From assembly GCF_038871235.1 (NCBI RefSeq), contig NZ_JAVZIN010000003.1, positions 1 through 64,000 of the forward strand: a stretch of DNA of 64,000 nt, in the 5' to 3' direction. Numbering within the stretch: position 1 is the first letter of the stretch; each line of letters begins with the position of its first letter. Shown in pieces: positions 9,826-19,212 of this stretch. Made by a program: the position numbers and the translations under genes. This stretch comes from Candidatus Hadarchaeum sp. (GTDB lineage Archaea > Hadarchaeota > Hadarchaeia > Hadarchaeales > Hadarchaeaceae). Under the pieces are notes generated by a model. The model was not told the DNA's origin. It did no database searches and saw only the letters and a program-made list of their open reading frames with translations.

Positions 9826-10434
9826 TTATTTTTTCCGTAGTTTTTCGATTTCCATTTCCCCAGCGTTGAAGGCAGCGATATTTTCTTTCAGGTATTTTTT
9901 CGGCACCGTGTCTAGCATTGCTTGATAGAGTTCATCCCTAGTTAATGGGGAAATGCCCAATTTAGCTAGTGAGCCGAGCAAGACAACGCTCATAGCTCTG
10001 ATGGACCCAGCCTGTTTGGCAAGGCCGTAGGCATCGTAAGCGTAGACCTCCCTGCCCAACTGCTTGAGAAGGGAAATTTCCTCTTTTAAATCAGGGTATT
10101 TTTCTTTTCCCATTAAAACTGAAACTGGTAGAATTCCATTGGTGTTCATAATGATGGTCGTTTTCTTCCCGATATACTCAGCGGCACGCAGAGCCTCGTT
10201 AGGATCCAAGGCAATCAGGACATCGGCCTGACCCGGCGGAATGAATGAACTATAGACTTGGCTCCCAAGTCGAATCTGAACTTGGACGCTTCCTCCACGC
10301 TGCGCCATTCCCAGGGTTTCATGCATTCTACCCCGAAGACCCTTTCGAGTCGCTGCTTCCGCGATCACGTTGGTCAAAGTGGCCCCGCCTTGTCCACCTA
10401 CTCCCACAATAATGCAGTTAAATTCATCACTCAT
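9826..10434 (-). CDS. iorB: Indolepyruvate:ferredoxin oxidoreductase beta subunit
   Basis: GVGGQG, ETLGMAQRGGSV, ADVLIALDPNEALR; follows iorA. Confidence 0.93.
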   Translation of the reverse strand: MSDEFNCIIVGVGGQGGATLTNVIAEAATRKGLRGRMHETLGMAQRGGSVQVQIRLGSQVYSSFIPPGQADVLIALDPNEALRAAEYIGKKTTIIMNTNGILPVSVLMGKEKYPDLKEEISLLKQLGREVYAYDAYGLAKQAGSIRAMSVVLLGSLAKLGISPLTRDELYQAMLDTVPKKYLKENIAAFNAGEMEIEKLRKK

Positions 10435-12301
10435 GGCCGGTACCCTCCGTTATTGCTTTCACCGGACAAACTGCCGCACAAATGTGGCATCCGATGCAAA
10501 CGTCTGGATTTATCTTTACCTTCCCCTCGATTGGAACTAAAGCCGAACAGGAAAGGGTTTTCACACATGTCATGCAGCCAGTGCATTTTTCATCATCTAT
10601 TACTAAAGGCTTCCCAATTGCCTTCCTTCTGATGGCAGTAATGGCGCAAAGTCTGCGCAGAACTATCACTGAAGGTCCGTTGTATTTGAGAGCTTCAACA
10701 AAGGCTTCGGTTGTTTTTTCTACATCATAAGGATCGACAACCACGACGTGTTCCACTCCACAGCCTCTAGCTATTTCCTCAGCCTTCACGATTTTTGCGC
10801 TCTCCCCTGTGGCAGTAAACCCAGAACCAGGGGTCGGCTGATGCCCAGTCATGGCAACTATCGAGTTGTCCATTATGGCAACCACTATTTTGGTTTGATT
10901 CCAGACGGCGTCGATTAGAGCAGGTATCCCTGCATGGTAAAATGTTGAGTCGCCGATTGCAGCTATCACGGGCTTTTTAATCCCGGAGCGTTCGAAGCCG
11001 TTGCCTAATCCTATGGAAGCGCCCATGGCGACTTCAGTCCAACATACATCAAAGGGGGGGTTCATGCCCAGAATGGTACAGCCAATATCTCCTGTGACTA
11101 TCACATCTTCACTTTTATACTTCAGCTTTCTCATCGCTCTAAGAATGGAGATGTATGTGCCTATGTGTGGACAGCCAGCACAGAAGGTGATGGGTCGGCG
11201 GATGGAAAGGGATTTGGCCTTTTCGATGAGTTTTTGTCTTTCCGGGTCAATTGGCGACACCAGGTTTTTGCCTAGGATTTTACTCAGAGCGCCCTCCACA
11301 ATAGTCTGATCGAACTCACCCACTGGGGAAGTTGTTCCATCGATCTTGCCGTACACCTTGACCTTTTTACCCATTTCACCCAAAATCTTTAGCACATGGT
11401 CCTCGATCAGGGGTTCCAGCTCCTCGAGGATCAAGACTGAATCAACCTTTTCAAGCAATTTTCTTATTTTTTCGTCAGGTAAGGGATTGATTACTCCTAT
11501 TTTCAGTGTTGAAATTTTTAGGTCGTGCCTGATGATGGCCTCCTTCAATAGGTTCCAAGGCGCTCCCGCGGTAATGACGCCAACCTTGGAGTCGGTCAAC
11601 TCCAAAAGGTTAAATCTATCAGCGTCCTTGCCAGCTTTCTTCATATTCTCGAGCAACGTGGCGTGCTGTTCCATGCACCAAGCAGGCCCTGCTTTGGTAT
11701 ACCTTTTTATGTTGCGGGAATAGTCGGGAACTCTGTCTATTTTTTTCACAGGTCCAAATACTACATTTCCAAACATGTGTGCCGTGTTCGTCGTAGTCCG
11801 GAGCATTACGGGAACTTTGTTTTTTTCCGATATTTCAAACGCTTCAACCACCATTTCCTTTGCCTCTTGCGGGTCAGATGGCTCCAGCATGGGCAGGGCG
11901 GCGAACTTCGCGAATAAACGATCATCCTGCTCAGCCATGCCAGCATGCGTCGCCGGATCGTCAGCTACGTATAGAACCAAGCCACCTTCAGTACCACTGT
12001 AGGCTATCGAAAGGACCGAGTCCGAAGCAACGTTTAGTCCCGCATTTTTCATAGTTGCCATGGCCCTGAGTCCCGTCCAAGCAACGCCAGAGGCTACTTC
12101 AAAGGCAACCTTTTCATTCACCGCCCACTGGACTTTCATATTGATATCTTTAGCAACCGATGCCAACGTTTCGATTACCTCGGTCGATGGGGTTCCCGGA
12201 TAGCCAGTGACAAGATGGGCACCGGCCTCGATGGCTCCTCTCGCAATGGCTTCATTTCCCAGCAGAAGTTTTACCGTACCTTCTTCACCGATAACAGTCA
12301 T
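10427..12301 (-). CDS. iorA: Indolepyruvate:ferredoxin oxidoreductase alpha subunit
   Basis: LLGNEAIARGA, GYPGTPSTE, NEKVAFE, CAGCPH, GDIGC, GDSTFYHAG, C-terminal 2x[4Fe-4S]. Confidence 0.95.
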   Translation of the reverse strand: MTVIGEEGTVKLLLGNEAIARGAIEAGAHLVTGYPGTPSTEVIETLASVAKDINMKVQWAVNEKVAFEVASGVAWTGLRAMATMKNAGLNVASDSVLSIAYSGTEGGLVLYVADDPATHAGMAEQDDRLFAKFAALPMLEPSDPQEAKEMVVEAFEISEKNKVPVMLRTTTNTAHMFGNVVFGPVKKIDRVPDYSRNIKRYTKAGPAWCMEQHATLLENMKKAGKDADRFNLLELTDSKVGVITAGAPWNLLKEAIIRHDLKISTLKIGVINPLPDEKIRKLLEKVDSVLILEELEPLIEDHVLKILGEMGKKVKVYGKIDGTTSPVGEFDQTIVEGALSKILGKNLVSPIDPERQKLIEKAKSLSIRRPITFCAGCPHIGTYISILRAMRKLKYKSEDVIVTGDIGCTILGMNPPFDVCWTEVAMGASIGLGNGFERSGIKKPVIAAIGDSTFYHAGIPALIDAVWNQTKIVVAIMDNSIVAMTGHQPTPGSGFTATGESAKIVKAEEIARGCGVEHVVVVDPYDVEKTTEAFVEALKYNGPSVIVLRRLCAITAIRRKAIGKPLVIDDEKCTGCMTCVKTLSCSALVPIEGKVKINPDVCIGCHICAAVCPVKAITEGTGHE

Positions 12302-13650
12302 CTTTTAACCTCCTTTTTAAATGACCATAAAGCCCATAAAGACCTTGCGGCTCTCTTTGGTGTCTCATAATTAGGAATTTTATTCTCCTCGAATACCGTG
12401 ATCGCGTCTTTTACTAGATGTCCTGACATCCAACAGGCGACCGTTGGCTTGCCCACCTTTTTTATGGCTTCCGAAAGCAGCCTTGCCGCTTCAGTAGCGC
12501 CCCGGGCGTCCCAGGCAATGGGAACATCAATAATTAGCCCGGCATCGTAGTAGTCATCCGAGAAAATGGCTTGGAAAGCCCGAACGTAGTTTTCCGGTGA
12601 CCCTTCCGCGGTGAGGTCGAAGGGATTTTTGCGGCTACAGATGGGCGGCAGAAACTCCAGCTCCTTGAGAATCCTCTCGGTTGGTTCCGGAACCCTCAAG
12701 CCAAGCTTTTCCAACGCGTCGGTCGCGAGGACAGCCGGACCCCCAGAATTGGTTAGGATTGCCACCTTGTTTCCCTTCATTGGCTCAAGATAGGCCAGCG
12801 CCCGGGCCATATCAAACATTTCCTCGATTCCATCCGCCTCGATAACACCAGCCTGCTTGAAAACGGTTCTGTAGACAGCCTCGTTGCCGGCGAGGGAACC
12901 GGTGTGGGAGGCAACGCTCCTAGCGCCGGCAGTGGACAGTCCGCCCTTAATCGCGATGAGGGGTTTCTTCTTGGTGACGTTTTTCGCGGCTTCAAAGAAT
13001 TTTCTGCCGTTTTTGACGCCCTCTATGTAAAGGGTTATCACTTTTGTTTGCGGGTCTTCAGCAAGATAGTTTAAAAGGTCAGATTCATCGACGTCACAAC
13101 CGTTGCCATAACTAGCAAACTTGCTGAGTCCAATTCTTTTTTCTATTGCCCAAGCCAGCACGGCTCCTCCCAGTGCACCGCTTTGAGTTACAAAGGCGAT
13201 GTCACCCTTGCCCGCACGAGATTCCATCGTCGCATAGAGGTTCTTGTGGGTGTTTATGATGCCGGTGCAGTTTGGCCCAATTATCCTCACACCATATTGT
13301 TTGGCGACCTTGGCGACTTCCTCCTCTAAGCTCTTGTTGCCGATCTCGCTGAACCCGGCCGAGATTATAACCACTGCTTTGGTACCTTTTTCACCACATT
13401 GTTTAACTGCGTTCGGCACGGCTTGCGCAGGCACAACCACGACGGCCAAATCAACCAGTTCTTTTATGTCTAAAATGGAGGGATAGCATTTCAGGCCGAG
13501 TATTTCTTCTGCTGCAGGGTTAACCGGGTAAATTTTTCCGGAGAAACCGCCATCAATTATGTTTTTGAGAAGCTCATGGCCAACCTTCAAAGGTTTAGAA
13601 GAGGCCCCGATGATCGCCACCGACTCGGGCTCGAAGAATTTGGAAAACAT
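12298..13650 (-). CDS. acdA: ADP-forming acyl-CoA synthetase alpha subunit
   Basis: IIGAS, YPVNP, SAGFSE, GPNC, QSGA, SHTGSLAG (phospho-His), TNSGG, NPFD. Confidence 0.93.
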   Translation of the reverse strand: MFSKFFEPESVAIIGASSKPLKVGHELLKNIIDGGFSGKIYPVNPAAEEILGLKCYPSILDIKELVDLAVVVVPAQAVPNAVKQCGEKGTKAVVIISAGFSEIGNKSLEEEVAKVAKQYGVRIIGPNCTGIINTHKNLYATMESRAGKGDIAFVTQSGALGGAVLAWAIEKRIGLSKFASYGNGCDVDESDLLNYLAEDPQTKVITLYIEGVKNGRKFFEAAKNVTKKKPLIAIKGGLSTAGARSVASHTGSLAGNEAVYRTVFKQAGVIEADGIEEMFDMARALAYLEPMKGNKVAILTNSGGPAVLATDALEKLGLRVPEPTERILKELEFLPPICSRKNPFDLTAEGSPENYVRAFQAIFSDDYYDAGLIIDVPIAWDARGATEAARLLSEAIKKVGKPTVACWMSGHLVKDAITVFEENKIPNYETPKRAARSLWALWSFKKEVKR

Positions 13651-13812
13651 TTTCGGCCCCAGAGAAATAGTGTCATTGGGTTTTTAAGTATTTGGATGCA
13701 CCGATTTTTAATTTAGGATTTTAAAACTGGGGAAAAGTTTATTAAAGTGGCTGTGAAGTGTGAAGCGGTAAAAAATTAGGAGGAGAAACAAATTTGGGTA
13801 GATGTGATTTAA

Positions 13813-14676
13813 ATGAGACCCACAAGCGTCATTTTAGCTGATTTTGATTATTCGGCGCCTAAGTCGTTAGAGGAGGCGTTGAAAGAGAAAAAGGAACGAA
13901 AAGGGGCCTATATTCTAGCTGGCGGCACTGATCTTGTTCCCAAGATGAGAGGGCAGGTAATAAAGCCGGTTCATCTCATCGATATCAGCGGCATAAAGGA
14001 GTTGGATTACATAAAGGAGCAGGAGGGAGAGGTAAGGATCGGAGCCGCGACCAAGATAAGCCGCATAATTGATTCTAAGGTAAAGATAGGGATATTGCTG
14101 GAGGCGTGCGAAAAGCTGGGAAATCCGCTAACCAGAAATAAGGCGACTATCGGGGGCAACCTCTGTAATGCCTCACCAGCTGCGGATACAGCGACACCTC
14201 TGATGGTTCTAGGCGCGCAGCTGGTTTTGAAGAGCCTCAACGGGGAAAGAGTAGTGCCAGTGGAGAACTTCTTTGTCGGTCCGGGGAAGACGGTTTTGAA
14301 AGAGGATGAGATTTTAACTGAAATCAGAATTAAGCCTCCTGAGGATGGGGCCAAGGCAAAGTTTGTGAAAGTTGGGCTGAGAAAAGCCGACGCAATCTCC
14401 GTTGTCAACTGCGCCGTTTTGTTGAAGTTTCAAAGGGGCATTGTAACAGATGCTAAGATTGCCTTGGGATCGGTTGCGCCTACGCCGATCTTGACTAAGG
14501 AGGCTCAGAAGATCTTGATCGGTAACAAATTGAGCGAGGAATTGGTGGAAAAATGTGCCCAAATTGCCGCCAATGAGGCCAAGCCGATAGATGATGTGAG
14601 GGGGTCGGCAAAATATCGAAAGCTGTTAGTTGAAGGTTGCGTTAAAAAGGCGTTGCGGGAGCTGATGGAGGGGTAG
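13813..14676 (+). CDS. Molybdenum hydroxylase FAD-binding subunit (CoxM/XdhB-like)
   Basis: AGGTDL, RNKATIGGNLCNASPAAD, PIDDVRGSAKYR. Confidence 0.93.
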   Translation: MRPTSVILADFDYSAPKSLEEALKEKKERKGAYILAGGTDLVPKMRGQVIKPVHLIDISGIKELDYIKEQEGEVRIGAATKISRIIDSKVKIGILLEACEKLGNPLTRNKATIGGNLCNASPAADTATPLMVLGAQLVLKSLNGERVVPVENFFVGPGKTVLKEDEILTEIRIKPPEDGAKAKFVKVGLRKADAISVVNCAVLLKFQRGIVTDAKIALGSVAPTPILTKEAQKILIGNKLSEELVEKCAQIAANEAKPIDDVRGSAKYRKLLVEGCVKKALRELMEG

Positions 14677-14679
14677 ATT

Positions 14680-15156
14680 GTGAAAAAGTATCCTCTGGAG
14701 TTTAAGGTGAATGGGAAAAAATACAGCGTTGAAGTCAAGCCGAATATGACATTGTTGCGGCTGTTGAGAAGCCTGGGCTTCACCGAGGTGAAATCCGGCT
14801 GTGAGAAAGGCGATTGCGGTACTTGCGCGGTACTGATGGATGGTGAGCCAGTCAACTCCTGTTTGACGTTGGCCTTGCAAGCCCAGGGCAAAGAGATAAC
14901 GACCGTGAAGGGTTTGGGGACCATGGAAAAACTTCATCCGATTCAAGAGGCTTTCGTAAAATACGGCGCGATTCAGTGCGGATTTTGCACACCAGGAATG
15001 GTGATCACTGCGAAGGCTTTCCTTGATAAAAATCCCAACCCCACTAGGGAAGAGATCAGAGAGGCAATTTCGGGAAATCTCTGTCGATGTACAGGTTATC
15101 AGAAGATAGTGGATGCGATTGAAGCCGCTGCTAAAAAGATGAAGGAGGCGAGATGA
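14680..15156 (+). CDS. Molybdenum hydroxylase 2x[2Fe-2S] subunit (CoxS-like)
   Basis: GCEKGDCGTC, SC, QCGFCTPG, GNLCRCTGY. Confidence 0.95.
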   Translation: MKKYPLEFKVNGKKYSVEVKPNMTLLRLLRSLGFTEVKSGCEKGDCGTCAVLMDGEPVNSCLTLALQAQGKEITTVKGLGTMEKLHPIQEAFVKYGAIQCGFCTPGMVITAKAFLDKNPNPTREEIREAISGNLCRCTGYQKIVDAIEAAAKKMKEAR

Positions 15157-17447
15157 TGGAGATGATTAAGGAATTTAAGGTAATTGGCAAGCGTTTGCCG
15201 AGCCATGACGCTGTGGAGAAAGTTACCGGGCAAACGAAGTATGCAGACGATTTTGCCCTGCCCGGCATGCTCTACGGCAAGATATTAAGGGCGAAATATC
15301 CTCACGCTAGAATCAAAAGCATCGACACCAGCAAGGCGGAAAAACTTGACGGCGTCTATTGCGTGTTGACTCATAAGGACGTTCCCAACAACGTCATTGT
15401 TACTCGTTTTGGCCAGACTAGAGCAGTTGGTGGTTTTGAGGGGACCTTTAGAGTGTTGGCCGAGGGCAAGGTTAGATATTACGGTGAACCTGTCGCCTTA
15501 GTAGCAGCTGAGACCGAGGAGATAGCTGAGAGAGCCATTGACCTGATAGGGGTGGAGTATGAGGAATTGAAAGGTGTTTTCGATCCAGTCGAGGCCATGG
15601 ATCCCAAGGCGCCGAAGGTTGAAGACGGAAAAAGCAACGTGATTGCTAGGTTTAAGATTAGAAAAGGGGATGTTGCCAAAGGCTTTAAGGAGGCCGATGT
15701 CATCGTCGAGAATGAATATATGTCGCAGTTTCTCGACCACGCCTATCTGGAGCCAGAGGCGGGCGTGGCTTGGGTTGAGGACGATGGCTCCCTCACCATC
15801 AGAGTATCAACGCAGGTCATCGAGCACTACCGTGAAATAGCGCATGTGTTGGGAATTCCTGAGAGCAGGGTCAGAGTGATCACGCCTAAGATCGGTGGTG
15901 GGTTCGGTGGCAAAGAAGACATCACCGTGGAATATTATTTGGCTCTGCTGGCTTGGAAGACGGGAAGACCGGTGAAAATAGTTCAGACTAGAGAAGAATC
16001 CTTGTCTTTCCGTTCCAAGAGGCACCCCTACAAGTTCAAGTATAAGACTGGTGTCAAGAAGGATGGTAAGATAGTCGCTGTCGAGGCCGAGTTGATATCA
16101 GATGCTGGGGCATATATGACACTGAGCCCGTGGGTCCTGCTTTATTCTACGGTTAACGCGGTTGGTCCCTATAATGTGCCCAACGTGAAGGTGGATGCCT
16201 ACACAGTGTTGACGAACCATCCGCCCTCTGGAGCTTTTAGAACCTTTGGTGCTGGTCAAGCCTGTGTCGCCTATGAACAACAGATGGATGAGGTAGCGAA
16301 GAAGTTGGGGATGGATCCCGTTGAGTTCAGGAAGAAGAATTACCTCAAGAAGGGCGACACGATGGCCAACGGCTGGAAGATCCCGAACACGGTTGCCCTG
16401 CACGAGACCACCGACCGGGTCTTAAAGGCCTTGGGTAAAAAGCCCAAGCCATCGGGTCCCAAGAAGCTCGTCGGGATGGGAATAGCCTCAGGGATGTGCA
16501 GCTATGGAAGAATGATTTTCCTGCACGACACTTCCCGGTCAAAAGTCCGTCTGGAACTGGATGGAAGCGTGACCATTGAATGCGGGGTTCAAGATGTCGG
16601 CGCGGGTCAGGAAGCGTCACTTTGTCAAATAGTCAGCGAGGTTTTGGGAGTCCCGTTGAAAAAAGTTAGAATAATTTCAGGAGACACTGCCGCGACGCCG
16701 ATAGCGGGAACCACGACGGCCACTAGGCAGCTGTACATGTCCGGCAATGCCACCTATAAGGCAGCGATGAAGGTGAGGGACAACATCCTCACCAAGGCGA
16801 GCGAAATTTTAGGAGTTGACAAATCAGAGCTGGTTATTGAAGATGAAAAAATCAAGAAGAAGGGAGAAAAGGAGGGCATAAGCCTTAGAGACGTTGCGGT
16901 AGCCTGTGCTGAGGAGGGAATTGAGCTGTTTTGCGAGGCCCAATTCAATGCACCTTTTGGCGAAGTTCCTGATCCCGAGACCGGACAAGGCAGGGTTTTT
17001 CCAGATTTTACCTATGGAACCGCGGGGGCAATAGTAGAAATAGACACGGAAACCGGTGAGGTTGAGGTATTGAAGATAGCCTCAGCGTTTGATGTCGGCA
17101 CGGCGATTAACCCGATGAGAGTCGAGGGACAGATCGAGGGCGGAGTCTCCATGGGTATAGGCTGGGCTCTGACTGAGGATGTAAAGTTTGAGAAGGGCAT
17201 CGCTAAGGCGCAATCGTTTGCGGAGTACATCATCGCTACCGCCGTCGATGTTCCGGATATAAAGTCGATAATTGTTGAAAACCACGATGGCTTGGGCCCA
17301 TTTGGTGCCCGTGGGGTGGGCGAAGTGGTGCTTGCCCCAGTTCCTCCGGCCGTGATCAACGCTGTGGCTGACGCGCTGGGAAGAAGGATAAAGGATTTGC
17401 CCATTACGGGAGAAAAAATATTACTGACGCTTAGAGAAAAAAGTTAG
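15153..17447 (+). CDS. Xanthine-oxidase-family molybdopterin large subunit, substrate unknown
   Basis: KVTG..KYADD, HAYLEP, GGGFGGK, AFRTFG, GQIEGG, GARGVGE. Lacks the CODH form I AYxCSFR motif. Confidence 0.92.
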   Translation: MMEMIKEFKVIGKRLPSHDAVEKVTGQTKYADDFALPGMLYGKILRAKYPHARIKSIDTSKAEKLDGVYCVLTHKDVPNNVIVTRFGQTRAVGGFEGTFRVLAEGKVRYYGEPVALVAAETEEIAERAIDLIGVEYEELKGVFDPVEAMDPKAPKVEDGKSNVIARFKIRKGDVAKGFKEADVIVENEYMSQFLDHAYLEPEAGVAWVEDDGSLTIRVSTQVIEHYREIAHVLGIPESRVRVITPKIGGGFGGKEDITVEYYLALLAWKTGRPVKIVQTREESLSFRSKRHPYKFKYKTGVKKDGKIVAVEAELISDAGAYMTLSPWVLLYSTVNAVGPYNVPNVKVDAYTVLTNHPPSGAFRTFGAGQACVAYEQQMDEVAKKLGMDPVEFRKKNYLKKGDTMANGWKIPNTVALHETTDRVLKALGKKPKPSGPKKLVGMGIASGMCSYGRMIFLHDTSRSKVRLELDGSVTIECGVQDVGAGQEASLCQIVSEVLGVPLKKVRIISGDTAATPIAGTTTATRQLYMSGNATYKAAMKVRDNILTKASEILGVDKSELVIEDEKIKKKGEKEGISLRDVAVACAEEGIELFCEAQFNAPFGEVPDPETGQGRVFPDFTYGTAGAIVEIDTETGEVEVLKIASAFDVGTAINPMRVEGQIEGGVSMGIGWALTEDVKFEKGIAKAQSFAEYIIATAVDVPDIKSIIVENHDGLGPFGARGVGEVVLAPVPPAVINAVADALGRRIKDLPITGEKILLTLREKS

Positions 17448-17783
17448 GTAACTACCTCCTCCGCCGATGATGGGATAGATTTCAACCTCTTTCCTTCCCT
17501 TGAGAAAAGCGTCTGTATCTAGGAGTACTGAGACGCTGGATCCGTCCTTTAGCTCCTTGCCGGGTTCAGCGGTTTTGGCTATCACTTTTATGTAGGGCTT
17601 TATTCCGTGCTTGGGGTCTAGGACATATTCTTCAAAGGGCTTTCCGTATTTTTCCGAGAGTTTTTTCATCAAGTCGAGGACAGTGCTGTTTTCTTTCAGC
17701 TCCACGATCGTCTGGGGTTCGCCGGTGAATTCCTTGATCCTAGTATAGAATTTTACCTTGACCTTCATGAGAGCCATCTTCAT
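17421..17783 (-). CDS. MoaD/SAMP ubiquitin-like protein with C-terminal extension
   Basis: MKVKVKFY..IKEFTG, TVLDLMKKLSEKYG, VEIYPIIGG followed by GGSYLTFFSKRQ. Confidence 0.75.
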   Translation of the reverse strand: MKMALMKVKVKFYTRIKEFTGEPQTIVELKENSTVLDLMKKLSEKYGKPFEEYVLDPKHGIKPYIKVIAKTAEPGKELKDGSSVSVLLDTDAFLKGRKEVEIYPIIGGGGSYLTFFSKRQ

Positions 17784-17862
17784 TGTTACTTTCCTACAAA
17801 CAGTTATAATTATTTTTCAATTTTGATTTTTCGTTTTGTGAAAATGTGGTATGAAAAAGGCA

Positions 17863-19212
17863 TTAAGATATGCGAACCCCGCGGAACCTTAAACTTGGCG
17901 TACTAACGGCCGCGGAAGCTCCCCAAGGTATGATTTGCTGTGGAACTTTACCAACGCCGTCCAATTTCTTGAGCAGCCGAGGTAAGTTTTCATGGATTCT
18001 TACTTGTTTGATGGCACCCTTAACTTCCCCATCTGAGATCAGAAAACCGCACCGCGAGGTTGTGGAGAAGTCTCCCACTTGGGGGGTAATGGGATAGGTA
18101 TACCAAATTCGCGAGAGCAGAAGACCGTTTCTAGTATCTTCTCTCAGTTCATCAGATCCAGCGTTTCCCGGTTGAACCACGAGATTTGTTATGTAGGGCG
18201 TCGGACTGCTTTGGTAGCTACGCCCGAAATCACCCAAGCGAAAACCATTTCCAGTGCTTTTTTTTCCCGCTAGACCCCCGTAGTACCAGTCATAGATAAA
18301 TCCCACCAGCCTGCCTTCTTTTATGAGCGGAGTTTTTCGTGTGGGCGAACCCTCATCATCAATGGTTTTCGAGTAGAGCCCTGATGGCATATTGCCCCAG
18401 TCATCAATACTGAAAACTTCTGAAGCCACCATTTTCTCCAAACAGTCTCTGAAGTATGAAATTTGGTCGTAGACATCTTTGCCGTTGATTGCGTATGCCA
18501 GCACGTGGTAGAGAAGTTCTGCCGCAGCGTTTGGTTCTAAGACTACATCATAAATGCCGGGTTTTACTTTCTTGGCTCTTAATGATTTAATAGCGAGTTC
18601 CGCAGCTTGTTTTCCGATTAGGCTTGGCTCAAAATTGCCCAAGGTGGTGCTTCCCATCCATCCTTGGCCCTCCCCCCTGTCTAAGCCGTTAGCTTCCGCA
18701 GTTAGATGGCCGAGGATCTTGGTTGTGGCGTCGGTAGCCTCAACTCCATTAGTATTTGCCACCGCACACCTTTCCGTCATCAAATTGATGGCTCCTGAAA
18801 CTTCGACAATTTTTTTATCAAAATCTAAAGCCGACTGCAACATTTCTTCTGCTAGCTCAACTATTTTTGAACGGCAAATTTCTGCTAAATCTCGATCGTA
18901 AATGGCTGAAGGTTTGCTGGCTCTTTTAGGCGTAGGGAAACCATTGAATTTTGGATTCGGTGGCCTAGCCCGAGCGATGGCAAGGGCGCGTTTCACAAGT
19001 TCTTGATTGAGTTCATTGCCGCTGCAAAAACCAACCTTATTTTTTATCGCAGCACAGATATTGATACCACTATCTTGAACTAGTTTAGTTTCCACGACAC
19101 GATTCGAGGCAATTCTTATTGTTACGACTACATTGTCTGACGCAAATGCCTCCGCTTCATCGGCACCCAACTTTACCGCGAAATTAAGGGCGCGTTGAAC
19201 TCTGGAGATCAC
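17863..19212 (-). CDS. pmbA: TldE/PmbA family protein
   Basis: GADEAEAF, VANTNG, YDVVLEP, DDEG, STGNG; no HExxxH; directly downstream of tldD. Confidence 0.9.
   Translation of the reverse strand: MISRVQRALNFAVKLGADEAEAFASDNVVVTIRIASNRVVETKLVQDSGINICAAIKNKVGFCSGNELNQELVKRALAIARARPPNPKFNGFPTPKRASKPSAIYDRDLAEICRSKIVELAEEMLQSALDFDKKIVEVSGAINLMTERCAVANTNGVEATDATTKILGHLTAEANGLDRGEGQGWMGSTTLGNFEPSLIGKQAAELAIKSLRAKKVKPGIYDVVLEPNAAAELLYHVLAYAINGKDVYDQISYFRDCLEKMVASEVFSIDDWGNMPSGLYSKTIDDEGSPTRKTPLIKEGRLVGFIYDWYYGGLAGKKSTGNGFRLGDFGRSYQSSPTPYITNLVVQPGNAGSDELREDTRNGLLLSRIWYTYPITPQVGDFSTTSRCGFLISDGEVKGAIKQVRIHENLPRLLKKLDGVGKVPQQIIPWGASAAVSTPSLRFRGVRIS

Noticed and set aside
13813-17447. Aerobic CO dehydrogenase coxMSL
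   Set aside because: The large subunit lacks AYxCSFR (form I) and AYxGAGR (form II).
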